This document shows, piece by piece, positions 38,682-49,132 of a stretch of DNA of 64,000 bases. The notes below the pieces were generated by a model. It made no database searches. It was given only the letters and a program-made list of their open reading frames with translations, and was not told where the DNA came from. A program made the translations under genes and the position numbers. This stretch comes from Myxococcota bacterium (GTDB taxonomy: Bacteria > Myxococcota_A > Polyangia > Nannocystales > Nannocystaceae): the NCBI GenBank assembly GCA_039194325.1, contig JBCCWC010000004.1:64001-128000 (forward strand), in the 5' to 3' direction. Each line of letters starts with the position of its first letter. Position 1 is the stretch's first letter.

Positions 38682-39150
38682 CCGCGTTCATCCACCCCCG
38701 AGCGACGATGTCGTCGGCCCGCGCCGCGCCTGCTCGTGCAAGAAGTGCTCCTACGGGTCGAGAGCGCCATGATGCTCCCAGAGTCAACGACCTCGGCGGA
38801 GCCAGGCGGCGGGCCGGCGGAAGGATCACTTCCGATCGATCCACGAAGGATGAACGATGCCTACCGCCGACAAGCGCGATCGAGAAGGTATTGACGGCGA
38901 CCTTGATGGTGTCGTAGCGGCGACGATGGATCGGCATGAATGGTTGGTGAGCCGGTCGCGCTCGCGGTAGTGGCGAACCTACGACGCTCATGATCACGTA
39001 GCGCGGTCACGTCGGGCGATCACCTCGATCGCCATCCGTGGCACTAACGACACACCAATGGCCCACGATGACAAAGCCGATAGAAACAACCTGCCCCGGC
39101 CAGATCCGCATGCTATTCGTTCTTGTCCTTTTCCCCACGGAGCCCCCACC

Positions 39151-40281
39151 GTGCCATTTTCGTTGCTGCTATCGACCGCCCTGGTCCTGTCCTCGCCCAC
39201 TTCGCCCTCGCCAAACACCGCCTCGGCTCCCGACACGAACATCACCGACGACTCCGTCTCGCCCGAAGTCGCCGAGTTGCTCGAGAGCGCCGAGTTGCCC
39301 GCCGAGCTCGATCCCTTCGTCGTGGCACTCCGCGCCGAGCTCGATCCCGAGGCCCGAGCGCACTTCGACGCGCTCGACGAGGCCCAGTTCCAAGAGCTCA
39401 TCGAGAAGATCGGTCGCGAGTCACCGCTAACCGGCGAGGAGCAGGCCATCGCCGACGCCCTCCAGGCGGTGTCGATCCGCGAATTCGACGCTCAGCTGAG
39501 CTACCGCAGCGGCGACATCGAGCTCGCCGACGGGCTGGCCGTCTTGCGGCTGGGCGAGGACTTCCGCTACCTCGGCCCCGACGACACCCACAAGGTCCTC
39601 GTCGACGGGTGGAGCAACCCGCCCGGCCCCAAAACGCTGGGCATGATCGTCCCCTCCACGGTCAGCCCGCTGCACCCCGACCAGGGCTGGGGGGTGGTCA
39701 TCACCTACGCCGCCGACGGCTACGTGGAAGACGACGAGGCCGACGACATCGACTACGACGAGCTGCTCGAGCAGATGCAGGAGGCGACCGAGGCGGACAA
39801 CCACAATCGCCGCAGCCAGGGCTACCCTCCCTTGCACCTGGTGGGCTGGGCCGAGCCCCCGCACTACGACGAGGCCAGCCACCGCCTTTATTGGGCCAAG
39901 GAGCTGTCGTCCGATGGCGCGCCGGCCCACTCGCTCAACTACTCCATCCGGGTCCTCGGCCGCCGCGGGGTCCTCGAGCTCAACGCCGTAGCCGGCATGC
40001 CGCAGCTGCCGGCGATCAAGCCCGAGATGGAGAAGATCTTGTCTCGGGTGGAATTCCTCACCGGCAATCGCTACGAAGACTTCGACCCCGACATCGACGA
40101 GGTGGCCGCCTACGGGATCGGGGGCCTCATCGCCGGCAAGGCGCTGGCCAAGGCGGGGTTCTTCGCGGTCTTGCTCAAGTTCCTCATCGCCGCCAAGAAG
40201 TTCCTGCTGGTCGGCCTGGTCGCGATCGGGGTCGCCATCAAGGGGCTGTTCAGCCGCAAGAAGAACGACCCGACCGCGTGA
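39151..40281 (+). CDS. DUF2167 domain membrane-anchored protein
   Basis: WGVVITY..GYV..IDYDELL..LVGWAEPPHYD..LYWAKEL..LNYSIRVLGRRGVL..VAAYGIGGLIAG. Confidence 0.9.
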   Translation: MPFSLLLSTALVLSSPTSPSPNTASAPDTNITDDSVSPEVAELLESAELPAELDPFVVALRAELDPEARAHFDALDEAQFQELIEKIGRESPLTGEEQAIADALQAVSIREFDAQLSYRSGDIELADGLAVLRLGEDFRYLGPDDTHKVLVDGWSNPPGPKTLGMIVPSTVSPLHPDQGWGVVITYAADGYVEDDEADDIDYDELLEQMQEATEADNHNRRSQGYPPLHLVGWAEPPHYDEASHRLYWAKELSSDGAPAHSLNYSIRVLGRRGVLELNAVAGMPQLPAIKPEMEKILSRVEFLTGNRYEDFDPDIDEVAAYGIGGLIAGKALAKAGFFAVLLKFLIAAKKFLLVGLVAIGVAIKGLFSRKKNDPTA

Positions 40282-40302
40282 GCCGAGCCTCGCCGACGCG
40301 CC

Positions 40303-41544
40303 TCACGATTCCTCGTCTAGGCTCGACTTGGTGAACCCGCCCGCCGACCCGGCTCGCTCGCTCCGCCCCGCATCGGCCGGGTAGAGCGCCTGGTGGCCGA
40401 ACTTTCGCCGAACCTCGCTGAGTACCCCCTGCAGCCGCGATCCCCGTGCCTCCGGCTCTGCCTCGGCCTCGGCCCTCGTCAGTAGATCGAGCTGCTGCGG
40501 CTCGCTACCGTCCGACAGCTGCCCCACCGCGACCCCGGTCAGCCGAAACCGGCGCCCGGCCAGCTCCACCTCCTCGAGCAGCCGGCACGCCGCCCGGTAG
40601 ATCACCTTGGCTTCGCTCGTGGGCGTGCTTAGCGTGCACTGTCGGGTCTCGGTGCGGAAGTCGGTGTCGCGGATCTTCAGCTGCACCTTGCGCCCCCCGA
40701 TCCCCTTGTGGGTGAGCCGATCCGCCACCCGCGTGGCCTGCGACAGCAGCTTGCGACGGATCGCCACCTCGCCCACCACATCGTCGGTGAACGTGTCCTC
40801 GTGGCTGACCTGCTTGCGCCCGCGCCCCGGCACCACCGCCCGGTCATCCCGGGCGTGCGCCAGCGCGTGCAGGTGCCGGCCGTGCTCGCCGAACCATCGC
40901 TCGAGCGTCTGCTCCGGCTGCTCTCGCAGCTGCCCCACCGTCTCGATCCCGTACTCGCGCAGCCGGGCTTCGGTCTTGGGCCCCACTCCCCACAGCTTGG
41001 CCAGGGGCAGCGGCGCGAGGAAGTCCAGCTCGGTCCCCGGCGGGACCTCGGTGAGCCCGTCGGGCTTGTTCATGGGCGAGGCGATCTTGGCGATGAACTT
41101 CACCGCCGAGATCCCCACCGAGCACGTCAGCCGAGTACGCTCGAACACCGCCGCCCGCAGGGCCTCGGCTGCCTGCCGCGGCGGGCCCCACAGCCGCTCG
41201 GTGCCCGTCATGTCGATGAACGCCTCGTCGATCGACAGCGCCTCGACCACCGGCGAGAACCGCCCGAACTGCTCGAAGGCCTGCTGCGAGGCTTCGTTGT
41301 ACGCATCGAAGCGCGAGGGCAGCACCACCGCGTGTGGACAGCGGCGCAGGGCCACCGCCATGGGCTGGGCCGAGCGGCAGCCGTACTTGCGAGCCTCGTA
41401 GCTGGCGGCCGCCACCACCCCGCGGCGCCCCACCCCGCCCACTAGCACCGGCTTGCCCCGCAGCGACGGGTCGTCGCGGATCTCCACCGACGCAAAGAAG
41501 GCGTCCATGTCCACGTGGAAGATCGTTCGCAGCGCCGAGGGCAT
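40303..41544 (-). CDS. dinB: DNA polymerase IV (Y family)
   Basis: IFHVDMDAFFASVE; GVVAAASYEARKYG; LSIDEAF; AKIASPMNKPDG; LWGVG. Confidence 0.95.
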   Translation of the reverse strand: MPSALRTIFHVDMDAFFASVEIRDDPSLRGKPVLVGGVGRRGVVAAASYEARKYGCRSAQPMAVALRRCPHAVVLPSRFDAYNEASQQAFEQFGRFSPVVEALSIDEAFIDMTGTERLWGPPRQAAEALRAAVFERTRLTCSVGISAVKFIAKIASPMNKPDGLTEVPPGTELDFLAPLPLAKLWGVGPKTEARLREYGIETVGQLREQPEQTLERWFGEHGRHLHALAHARDDRAVVPGRGRKQVSHEDTFTDDVVGEVAIRRKLLSQATRVADRLTHKGIGGRKVQLKIRDTDFRTETRQCTLSTPTSEAKVIYRAACRLLEEVELAGRRFRLTGVAVGQLSDGSEPQQLDLLTRAEAEAEPEARGSRLQGVLSEVRRKFGHQALYPADAGRSERAGSAGGFTKSSLDEES

Positions 41545-41641
41545 GGCGCGAGAGCCAGCGAGCAATCTAGCACGAAGCCGATCCGACTCGGTCGACTGCT
41601 ATGCTCGCCCGAGGCTCCACCGCCGCCGTCCACCGCCCGTC

Positions 41642-42781
41642 GTGAGCGCATCCTCCACCAACCGCCGTCGTCTGTTCGCCCTCGACGCCCTGCGCGGGAT
41701 TGCGGTGTTCCTGATGATCGAGCAGCACGTGGGGATCTGGCTGTGGCAAGGTCTGCGCTCCGGCGAGCGCCACCTCGACTACCCGCTGCTCGTGGGCTTC
41801 AACGCCCTGGGGGGCATGGCCGCGCCGTTGTTCGTGAGCCTGGCCGGGGTGGGCAGCGCGCTCTTTTGCGCCGCGGGCCGGCCCCGCACCGACGTGACCT
41901 TGATCCGCCGTGGGCTGGTGCTCATGCTCTTCGGTCTGGCGCTGAACCTGATGACCCCCAGCTGGTTTTCATGGGGCTCGTGGTTCGTGCTTCACATGAT
42001 GGGCTTTGCCATGGCCCTCGCTCCATTGTGGCGACGGCTGAGCACCCGCACCTTATTGCTCCTGTGCGGAGTGGTGCTCGCGGGCGCAGTGGCGATCCAG
42101 CTGTGGCTGCCCACCCCGATCCCGCTCCACAACGCCCGCATGCGCGATGTGAACTTACCCGGCGGCCCCCTGCGGCTGGCCCTCGCCGAGGGGCAGTTTC
42201 CGATCTTGCCGTGGCTGTGCTTCTACCTGGCGGGCTTTTGCGCGGGTCGGTGGATCAAGGCCGGCCGCCTCGGCCTGGTTGCCCTGCTCGGCCTGTCGTT
42301 CATCGCCGTCGGCGGCGGCGGCCGCCTGCTGCTGCTCGCGGGGGTCAACCATCCCTGGATCGCCCGGGGTTGGGAGCTGCACCTGGGGTTCTTCCCCGCG
42401 TCGGTCGCCATCGCGGGCCTGTTGCTGGGCGGCGCCTTGCTGCTCATCGCCTTTGTCTCGTGGGTGGAGACCAAGCGCCCGATCGCAGAGAACTTCTGGC
42501 TGGTCACCCTGGGCCGGATCTCGCTCACCTTGCTGATGCTCCACGTGGTGCTCTTCCGCGAGCTGAGCCGGCCCAAGCTCGGGCTCCCCTGGCGCTGGCT
42601 ATGGCCCCGGTGGTCGTGGTGGCCCGACTGGCCCGTCAACCTGTGGCACAACCTCTCGGCCGGCACCACGCTCGCGGTGATCTTCGGGTTCGTCGTGCTC
42701 TCGGTGATCGCCTCGCGCTACTGGCAGCGGGTGGGCTATCGCTTCGGCGCAGAGTGGATGCTGCGCAAGATCGCGGGCTGA
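41642..42781 (+). CDS. DUF1624 / HGSNAT-domain membrane acyltransferase-like protein
   Basis: RLFALDALRGIAVFLMI..H; APLF..LAG; FPILPW; LGRISL; multiple TM helices. Confidence 0.75.
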   Translation: MSASSTNRRRLFALDALRGIAVFLMIEQHVGIWLWQGLRSGERHLDYPLLVGFNALGGMAAPLFVSLAGVGSALFCAAGRPRTDVTLIRRGLVLMLFGLALNLMTPSWFSWGSWFVLHMMGFAMALAPLWRRLSTRTLLLLCGVVLAGAVAIQLWLPTPIPLHNARMRDVNLPGGPLRLALAEGQFPILPWLCFYLAGFCAGRWIKAGRLGLVALLGLSFIAVGGGGRLLLLAGVNHPWIARGWELHLGFFPASVAIAGLLLGGALLLIAFVSWVETKRPIAENFWLVTLGRISLTLLMLHVVLFRELSRPKLGLPWRWLWPRWSWWPDWPVNLWHNLSAGTTLAVIFGFVVLSVIASRYWQRVGYRFGAEWMLRKIAG

Positions 42782-42905
42782 GGTATCGATCCCGAGGCCG
42801 GCTGGGCGCCCGACGACGACACGACAAAGCCCGGTGCCGCCGGCCGCTCGTGCGGCCTCCGACACCGGGCCCTCTAGTCGCGGTTGCTCCCGCGCCCGAT
42901 CCTAC

Positions 42906-45401
42906 CTAGTGACGCCGACGCCGACGTCCGCGACGCAGCAGCAGCAGCATCACGGCCATCGCCGAGAACCCGGCCGCGCCTCGGCGGCGGGCCTGCGGAT
43001 CGACGCTGGCCTGAGCGCAGCACCCTTCCCGCGTACCGCCCGCGAGCTCGCCCAGTTCGTCGTCGAGATCATCGATCTCGGCCTCGGCAGCGCTCGCCGA
43101 TCCCCCCGCCGCCAGCCCGTTGGGGCGCTGACGATCGTAGACCGCCGCGATCGCCTCCTCGGTCCACTCGCCCACGTAGCGGCTGCCGTTGACGTAGCTT
43201 ATCGGGCTATGGGGCGCACAGTTGCCCAGCACGCATGGTTCCCGCAGAGGCGGCGGCTCACAGCCGAAGCTCGGCTCCACCACCACCTGGTCCTTGAGCT
43301 GCCCTTGGAGCCCATCGAGGAGCATCTGCTCGGTCTTGGCCAGCTCTTCCTCCGGCGTCATCTTCTGGTCGGGGTCGGGCAAGACGCCACACTCGGTCTG
43401 CACCCCATCGATCGCCCGCACGGTGCTGGCCAGCGCGACGACCTGTTCCGGCTCCACGTGGATCCGATACAGGCCCGGCGACTCGGCGATCGGCTCGGCG
43501 CCTGGCGCGGTCACGTAGTGCTCCCACCCCTGGCTGGGCTCACCGTCGTGCTGAATGTAGTAGCCGAATTGGGAGAAACCCTTGAGCACCTTCGTGTCCG
43601 GAGCGTCCGGCAGGTTGATGGTGCCGCCGGTGTCGACAAACCCGTACATCACGTACTTCGGCAGATCCTCGAGCGTGGCGTACTGCGGCTGGTTGTCGAA
43701 GTCTTGCCACGGCTCCACCTCGACGGGCTGCTGCGCATTCATGGGCTCGGGGAGCCCCGCCGCCGGGCTACCGCCGCCACCGGCCCCCGCCAGCGCCCCG
43801 GCCTGTCCCGTGGTCTGACCCGCGGCCTGGCCTATCGGCTGCCCCTCGAGGACCTTCTCAAGCTGCTTGATATTGCCTCCCTCGATGGGGCCGAGCACCA
43901 GCGGCCCTCCGTCGGCACAGCCCCGCAGCGACTGCCCGCTCTCGTTGCACTGCTCGACCGAGGGCATGTTCTCGGTGTGGACCAGCAGGTAGATGTCGTT
44001 GTCGACCTGCCCTTCGGGGAGCATCCGCTCGCTCATGTCGAGATCGACGGGCCGCCGGAACACCGAGGCATCGACCAGATCCATGTTGCGATACACGCTG
44101 TCCCGCTTGAAGTTGATCCCTCCCCCCCCTGGGGTGAGGCGCACGTGCATGCACTGGTGGTCGTTGGTCAGCGAAAGGCCCGAGCTCGCGGGGACCCAGG
44201 GTAGATCCGTCTCGATCTCCCCCTGCCCGCTACCTCCCCCGTAGTTGCCTGCGGCCACCGTCCCGGTGAGCGTAGCGCTGCCGATCTCGTCCCAGCTGGC
44301 CCCATTCCACGTGGACCACTGCAAGCCCCAGTTGGCGATGCTGAAGGTCGCCTCGAGGTCGTCGGTGACGAGGCTGTTGCTGGTGTCGTTGAAGAACCCC
44401 GCCCGCAGGCGTGCACCGACGAGCTTGGGGATCGTATAACCGGGGTACTCGTACAGCACGGTCGAATTGGGCAAGGGGGCCATGGTGGTCTGGTAGTCCG
44501 AGCCCACCATCTGGCGTATGACCTCCACCCCCTCGCACGACGCGGAGCTCCCTGTGGTCACGTGCGTCCACAGGTTGTCGATGCTGGCCACCGGCAATCC
44601 CCCGGGCAGCGACGGGAAGCCCGAGCTGAACACCAGGCAGTCGTTGCTGGAGGGCGTCAGCGGGTCGCACAGCAGCGGATACTCCACCGCAGAGCCCGAG
44701 GTCCCCTGCATGTACATCACCGCGTTGGCGTAGACCCGCAGGTCGGACCAGGCCTCTCCGGTCGCGAGATCCACCGGGATCTCGAGCGCGAACTTCAGCT
44801 TCCAGTCATAGTTGAACCCGCCGTTGGCGAAGTAGCGCCTGACCTCCACCCAGGGGTCGAGCACCGTCCAGTCGGTCGAAGGGTTGTTCACGTCCAAGGT
44901 CGACCACGAGACCGTGGCACCCACGGTGGCCTGCGAGTACTTCACCCACGAAGACGTGATCGCCTTGCCCTGGCCAGAGCAGGACAGGAGCGGCGAACAC
45001 ACCCCCAGCGGCTGGAACTGGATGAACAGATCCGGCTCCGTGCCCGAGGGATCGCTGACCGCCACCATCACGATGTCCTGGTTTTGGTCGAAGGTGGGGT
45101 CGCCGTTGATGTCGAACTCGAAGAACAGCCGCTTCGAGGGCTTGTCCCAGATCACCCGCCCCGAGCCCACCGGAGGCGCGGCCGAGCCCACGTCGTAGAT
45201 CGAGGTCGCCCCCGTCCATCGGGTCTCCCGCTGCGCATCGGTCAGCGACAGATCCCACCACTCGGGATACTTGGGCTGCGGACCAGGCACTCCATTGGCC
45301 TGCTCCGCGCACAGCTCGTCGGTACCCGCCTGGGCCGGCGGTGCCCCGACCAGCATCGCCAGCATCAACCCCAAAACTCCTAGCCAATATCTGTCACCCA
45401 C
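42906..45401 (-). CDS. Large secreted protein with a MYXO-CTERM-like C-terminal sorting signal
   Basis: Signal peptide (..PAQA). Ends in GCCAQ..hydrophobic..RRGRRRRRH. GTG start follows AGGAG. Confidence 0.65.
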   Translation of the reverse strand: MGDRYWLGVLGLMLAMLVGAPPAQAGTDELCAEQANGVPGPQPKYPEWWDLSLTDAQRETRWTGATSIYDVGSAAPPVGSGRVIWDKPSKRLFFEFDINGDPTFDQNQDIVMVAVSDPSGTEPDLFIQFQPLGVCSPLLSCSGQGKAITSSWVKYSQATVGATVSWSTLDVNNPSTDWTVLDPWVEVRRYFANGGFNYDWKLKFALEIPVDLATGEAWSDLRVYANAVMYMQGTSGSAVEYPLLCDPLTPSSNDCLVFSSGFPSLPGGLPVASIDNLWTHVTTGSSASCEGVEVIRQMVGSDYQTTMAPLPNSTVLYEYPGYTIPKLVGARLRAGFFNDTSNSLVTDDLEATFSIANWGLQWSTWNGASWDEIGSATLTGTVAAGNYGGGSGQGEIETDLPWVPASSGLSLTNDHQCMHVRLTPGGGGINFKRDSVYRNMDLVDASVFRRPVDLDMSERMLPEGQVDNDIYLLVHTENMPSVEQCNESGQSLRGCADGGPLVLGPIEGGNIKQLEKVLEGQPIGQAAGQTTGQAGALAGAGGGGSPAAGLPEPMNAQQPVEVEPWQDFDNQPQYATLEDLPKYVMYGFVDTGGTINLPDAPDTKVLKGFSQFGYYIQHDGEPSQGWEHYVTAPGAEPIAESPGLYRIHVEPEQVVALASTVRAIDGVQTECGVLPDPDQKMTPEEELAKTEQMLLDGLQGQLKDQVVVEPSFGCEPPPLREPCVLGNCAPHSPISYVNGSRYVGEWTEEAIAAVYDRQRPNGLAAGGSASAAEAEIDDLDDELGELAGGTREGCCAQASVDPQARRRGAAGFSAMAVMLLLLRRGRRRRRH

Positions 45402-45833
45402 GACTCTGCTCTCCTGACCCGCCGGTCTCTCGATCACCACGGGGAAACCGCAACAGCCAACATGGCGATACGACTTCCGCTCCCCCTCCCCCGGGTAAGC
45501 CATCCGGCGCCCGGCGAGTATAAGAGGAAGCTCGGCGCGGGTGTACACGCCCGTGTGGTCATGTCATAGCGAGCAGTTTCGCTCGCACAACGCCCGAGCA
45601 GTGACAACGCCCCGTCAATGTCTCGTGACCGTCACGGCCACTACGGCTATCGACGATCACCCCGGCGATCCTCGTTCCGCGCTCCGTCTCCCCCGATCTT
45701 CGGTCGCCGGCCACGGCTCAACTCGGTGAGCCTCATCGCAAAAAAAGCACCAAAAACCCGAGGACGATACCAGGGCTGCGGTGACTTGGCGGCCGTGAGA
45801 CGGATGGCAGGCAGCCGAGGGAGGGCGCGAGTC

Positions 45834-47537
45834 ATGATCGTTCGCACGCTGGGCCTGGGAGCGCTGGTGAGCGCGGCCGGGTGCTACACCGGCATGCACG
45901 ACCACACCGCGCCCGACGATGATGGGAGCGCGGACGTGGGGCCCACCGAGCCCGGCGACGACGACGAGCCCGGCGACGAGCCCTTGGCCTGCGACGGCCA
46001 GTTCGCGGTGGTGGCCCCTCGAGCGATGCGCCGGCTGACCCCAGCGCAGTACGAGAACACCATGCGCGACCTGCTGGGCGATCCTGGATTCGTCGCCGAG
46101 TACGACGCGACCGAGCCGGTGATCGCCGAGCGCGGGGTTCGGCAGCTCCGCGACGGCGCCGAGCTGGCGCTGACCCGCCGCGACCAGTGGACCGTCCCGG
46201 TGTTCCCGTGCGAGATCACCGGCGGCGAACAAGCGGGCTGCGCCGAGGCGTTCATCGAGTCCTTCGCCCCGCGAGCCTTCCGACGGCCCCTGCGAGACGA
46301 GGAGCGCCAGTGGCTGCTCGATGTTTACCTCGACGCTCGCGGCCAGATCGGCTTCGCCGACGCCATGGAGGTGCTCGCGAGCACCGTGCTCCAGGCTCCC
46401 TCGCTGGTCTACCTCGAGGAGCAGGGCACCCCCGTGCAGGGCGCCCCCGACGAGATCCGCAAGCTCACCGACCACGAGCTGGCTAGCCGCCTGAGCTACT
46501 TCTTGTGGGACACCATGCCCGACGACACGCTGCGCGAGTCCGCGGACGCCGGGCGGCTCCACGGCGAGGACGAGCTGCACGCCCAAGTAGAGCGCATGCT
46601 GGCCGATCCCCGCGCCCAGCAGCGGCTGCAGGGGCTAATGTGGACCTGGCTGCAGCTCGACGGCGGCATGCTGCACTTCTCGCTCGAAGACGCCGACAAG
46701 CAGCCCGAGCTCTACCCCGAGTACGACCCCGCCCTGCAAGACGCGATGCGCGTGGAGCTCGAGGCGTTCGTCGCCGACGTGCTCACCAGCGACGCGAGCT
46801 TCGAGCGGTTGATGACCAGCAACCGTGCCTACGTCAACGCCCCGCTGGCCGCGCTCTACGGCGTGGACGCGGGCCCGCTGGGCCCCGACCAGTGGACCTG
46901 GGTGGACCTTCCCGCCGCGCAGCGCAGCGGGCTGCTCACCCGGGCCGCGTTCCTCACCGTGTTCGCCAGCACCGCCGCCCAGTCGCCGATCCGCCGCGGC
47001 ACCTTCACCCTCGAGGAGGTGCTGTGCATGGAGCTCGGTGACCCGCCGCCCGACGTCGACGACAGCCCGATCGACGGCGGCGAGCAGCCCGAGGGCGAGG
47101 TGCTCACCGTGCGCCAGGCCACCGACGCCCGCACCGGCGACGGCCAGTGTTTCAGCTGCCATGGCCTCATCAACCCGGTGGGCTACGCGTTCGAGCACTA
47201 CGACGCGATCGGTCGCTGGCAAGACCAGGAGGTGCAGAGCGGTCTGCCGGTGGACTCCAGCGGCCAGCTGCAGGGGACCGACGTCGACGGCCCGGTCGCC
47301 GACGCCCTGGAGCTGTCCCAACGTCTGGCGGGCAGCGACCAGGTCCGCCGCTGCTTCGCCACCCGGTGGTTTGAGGAGGCGCTCGGCGGAGCGGTGGGCG
47401 AGCTCGACGGCTGCGCCCACGACCGGATCGTGGAGGCCTTCACCGCCGGAGGCGACCTGCGTGAGTTGGTCAGCGCCATCGTGCTCAGCGACAGCTTCCG
47501 TCACGTCAACCTGGGATCGATCGAGCAAGGAGAGTAG
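45834..47537 (+). CDS. DUF1587/1595/1592/1588/1585 domain lipoprotein with a CxxCH motif
   Basis: MRRLTPAQYENTMRDL; RAFRRPL; ELASRLSYFLW..PD; RSGLLT; SPIRRG; CFSCH..NPVGYAFEHYDAIGRW. Confidence 0.9.
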   Translation: MIVRTLGLGALVSAAGCYTGMHDHTAPDDDGSADVGPTEPGDDDEPGDEPLACDGQFAVVAPRAMRRLTPAQYENTMRDLLGDPGFVAEYDATEPVIAERGVRQLRDGAELALTRRDQWTVPVFPCEITGGEQAGCAEAFIESFAPRAFRRPLRDEERQWLLDVYLDARGQIGFADAMEVLASTVLQAPSLVYLEEQGTPVQGAPDEIRKLTDHELASRLSYFLWDTMPDDTLRESADAGRLHGEDELHAQVERMLADPRAQQRLQGLMWTWLQLDGGMLHFSLEDADKQPELYPEYDPALQDAMRVELEAFVADVLTSDASFERLMTSNRAYVNAPLAALYGVDAGPLGPDQWTWVDLPAAQRSGLLTRAAFLTVFASTAAQSPIRRGTFTLEEVLCMELGDPPPDVDDSPIDGGEQPEGEVLTVRQATDARTGDGQCFSCHGLINPVGYAFEHYDAIGRWQDQEVQSGLPVDSSGQLQGTDVDGPVADALELSQRLAGSDQVRRCFATRWFEEALGGAVGELDGCAHDRIVEAFTAGGDLRELVSAIVLSDSFRHVNLGSIEQGE

Positions 47538-47542
47538 GGACG

Positions 47543-49006
47543 ATGGTCGAACAGCTCAAGCACTCGGGCCGCCGAGCCTTCTTGCGAGCCGCGGGGGGCA
47601 CCGCCCTGGCCCTGCCCCTGTTGGAGTACACCCACGGCCATGCCTGGGCCGCCGATGGCGACGCCAACCTGCGCTTTGTCACCGTGTTCACCCATGGCGG
47701 CACGATCTCCAACATGAACAAGACCACCCGCTACGACGGGACCGGCAATGGGCACGGCCTGGACCTGTGGCGACCAGCCGATCCTTCTGGCCCCGAGCTC
47801 GTGCTCGGGCCGATCCACGAGCCGCTCACCCCGTGGCGCGACAAGCTGGTGGTGGTGGAGGGGATCGACAACCGGGCCGCGATCGCTCAGGACCAGTACG
47901 GCCTGGGCGGGCACGACACCTCCAATGCGAGCGTGCTGACCGCGGGCGACGTGACCGGGACCGAGTCGGTCGCGCTGGCCCACAGCGCCAGCATCGACCA
48001 CGTGGTGGCCCAGCGCCTCGCCGCCCGGCAGCCGGTGCCCTTCGACTCGATCCACCTGCGGATCGCGGGACACCAGTACGGCTCGCCCTACTTCACCGGC
48101 CCGCAGCAGATCGTCTCGGGCGAGAGCAGCCCCCGGGCGGCGTTCGACACGATCTTCGACGGCGTGACCGGAGGGCAGCCCGATCCGCAGATCGTGCTGC
48201 GCAACACCAAGCGCTCCTCGATACTCGGCGGGCTGCTGGACGGCTACTCCGACTTCCACCAGCGGGTGAGCGCTCGCGATCGCCACGTGATCGAGGCCCA
48301 CCTCGACCATCTCCGCTCGCTGGAGCAGCAGATCCAAGATCCGGTGATCTGCAGCCCGCCCATCGGGATCGACGAGGACGACGCCCCTGGTGACGTGGTC
48401 GGCCCGCTGATGGCCGACGTCATCGTCGCCGCGCTGCGCTGCGGCCTGACCAACGTAGCCAACCTCGAGATCTCCGACATCCTCTCGCCGTGGACCAGCG
48501 CGGGCCATCTGGAGTCGGGCCTGGGCCTGGACTTCGCGATCGGACACGCGCTGCACCACCAAGCCCGCGACATTGGACCTACCGGCCCGCATTCGTCGCT
48601 GTACGACGACTGGATGACCTACACCCTGGAGAATCGTCGCTGGCGCATGAGCCTCGTCGCGCGATTGCTCGAAGGCCTCGACGACCCCGATTTCCCCGAA
48701 GGCGACGGCACCCTGCTCGACAACAGCCTGCTGCTGTGCACTAGCGAGTTCAGCAACGGCTCGCGTCACTCCGGCTGGAACCTACCCGTGCTACTGGCCG
48801 GCAGCGCCGGTGGGGCGATCGAGACGGGACGCTTCGTTACCTACAACCAGGCGGCCCAAGCCGATCCGAACACCCTCCAGTACGACAGCCAGGAATCGGT
48901 GCACAACCTCTACACCTCGATCCTCCAGGCGCTCGGCGAGGGCGACGATCACTTTGGCAACGGCGACGCGGCGCACCAGGGGCCGCTGCCGGGGCTGGTG
49001 GGCTGA
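47543..49006 (+). CDS. DUF1552 domain protein, Tat-exported
   Basis: GRRAFLR..LALPLLE; SIDHVVA; TLLDNSL; H...NLPVLLAG. Usual partner of DUF1592. Confidence 0.9.
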   Translation: MVEQLKHSGRRAFLRAAGGTALALPLLEYTHGHAWAADGDANLRFVTVFTHGGTISNMNKTTRYDGTGNGHGLDLWRPADPSGPELVLGPIHEPLTPWRDKLVVVEGIDNRAAIAQDQYGLGGHDTSNASVLTAGDVTGTESVALAHSASIDHVVAQRLAARQPVPFDSIHLRIAGHQYGSPYFTGPQQIVSGESSPRAAFDTIFDGVTGGQPDPQIVLRNTKRSSILGGLLDGYSDFHQRVSARDRHVIEAHLDHLRSLEQQIQDPVICSPPIGIDEDDAPGDVVGPLMADVIVAALRCGLTNVANLEISDILSPWTSAGHLESGLGLDFAIGHALHHQARDIGPTGPHSSLYDDWMTYTLENRRWRMSLVARLLEGLDDPDFPEGDGTLLDNSLLLCTSEFSNGSRHSGWNLPVLLAGSAGGAIETGRFVTYNQAAQADPNTLQYDSQESVHNLYTSILQALGEGDDHFGNGDAAHQGPLPGLVG

Positions 49007-49017
49007 GTGAAGTTGTC

Positions 49018-49132
49018 TATGCCTCGGCCGGCTCGGGATGCGCGACTGCGTCGCGCCCGGCCTCGGTCTTGAACTGTTTATGCCTCGGCCGGCTCGGGAT
49101 GCGCGACTGCGTCGCGCCCGGCCTCGGTCTTG
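49018..49132. repeat. Two 54-bp direct repeats (61-bp period), each with an internal hairpin; REP-like or terminator-like
   Basis: tatgcctcggccggctcgggatgcgcgactgcgtcgcgcccggcctcggtcttg at 49018 and 49079; stem gcgcgac-tgc-gtcgcgc. Confidence 0.85.

Noticed and set aside
40303..41544. dinB as part of an imuABC mutagenesis cassette or mobile element
   Set aside because: No imuA, dnaE2, lexA or integrase is adjacent; it looks like an ordinary stand-alone Pol IV.
41642..42781. HGSNAT-domain (DUF1624) gene as part of the heparan system
   Set aside because: The family is widespread and generic, and the gene is separated from the island by unrelated genes (HxlR, DUF2167, dinB). The name match is probably coincidental.
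45834..49006. DUF1592/DUF1552 pair as a novel system
   Set aside because: It is uncharacterised but very common and multicopy in myxobacteria and planctomycetes; nothing is unusual here.
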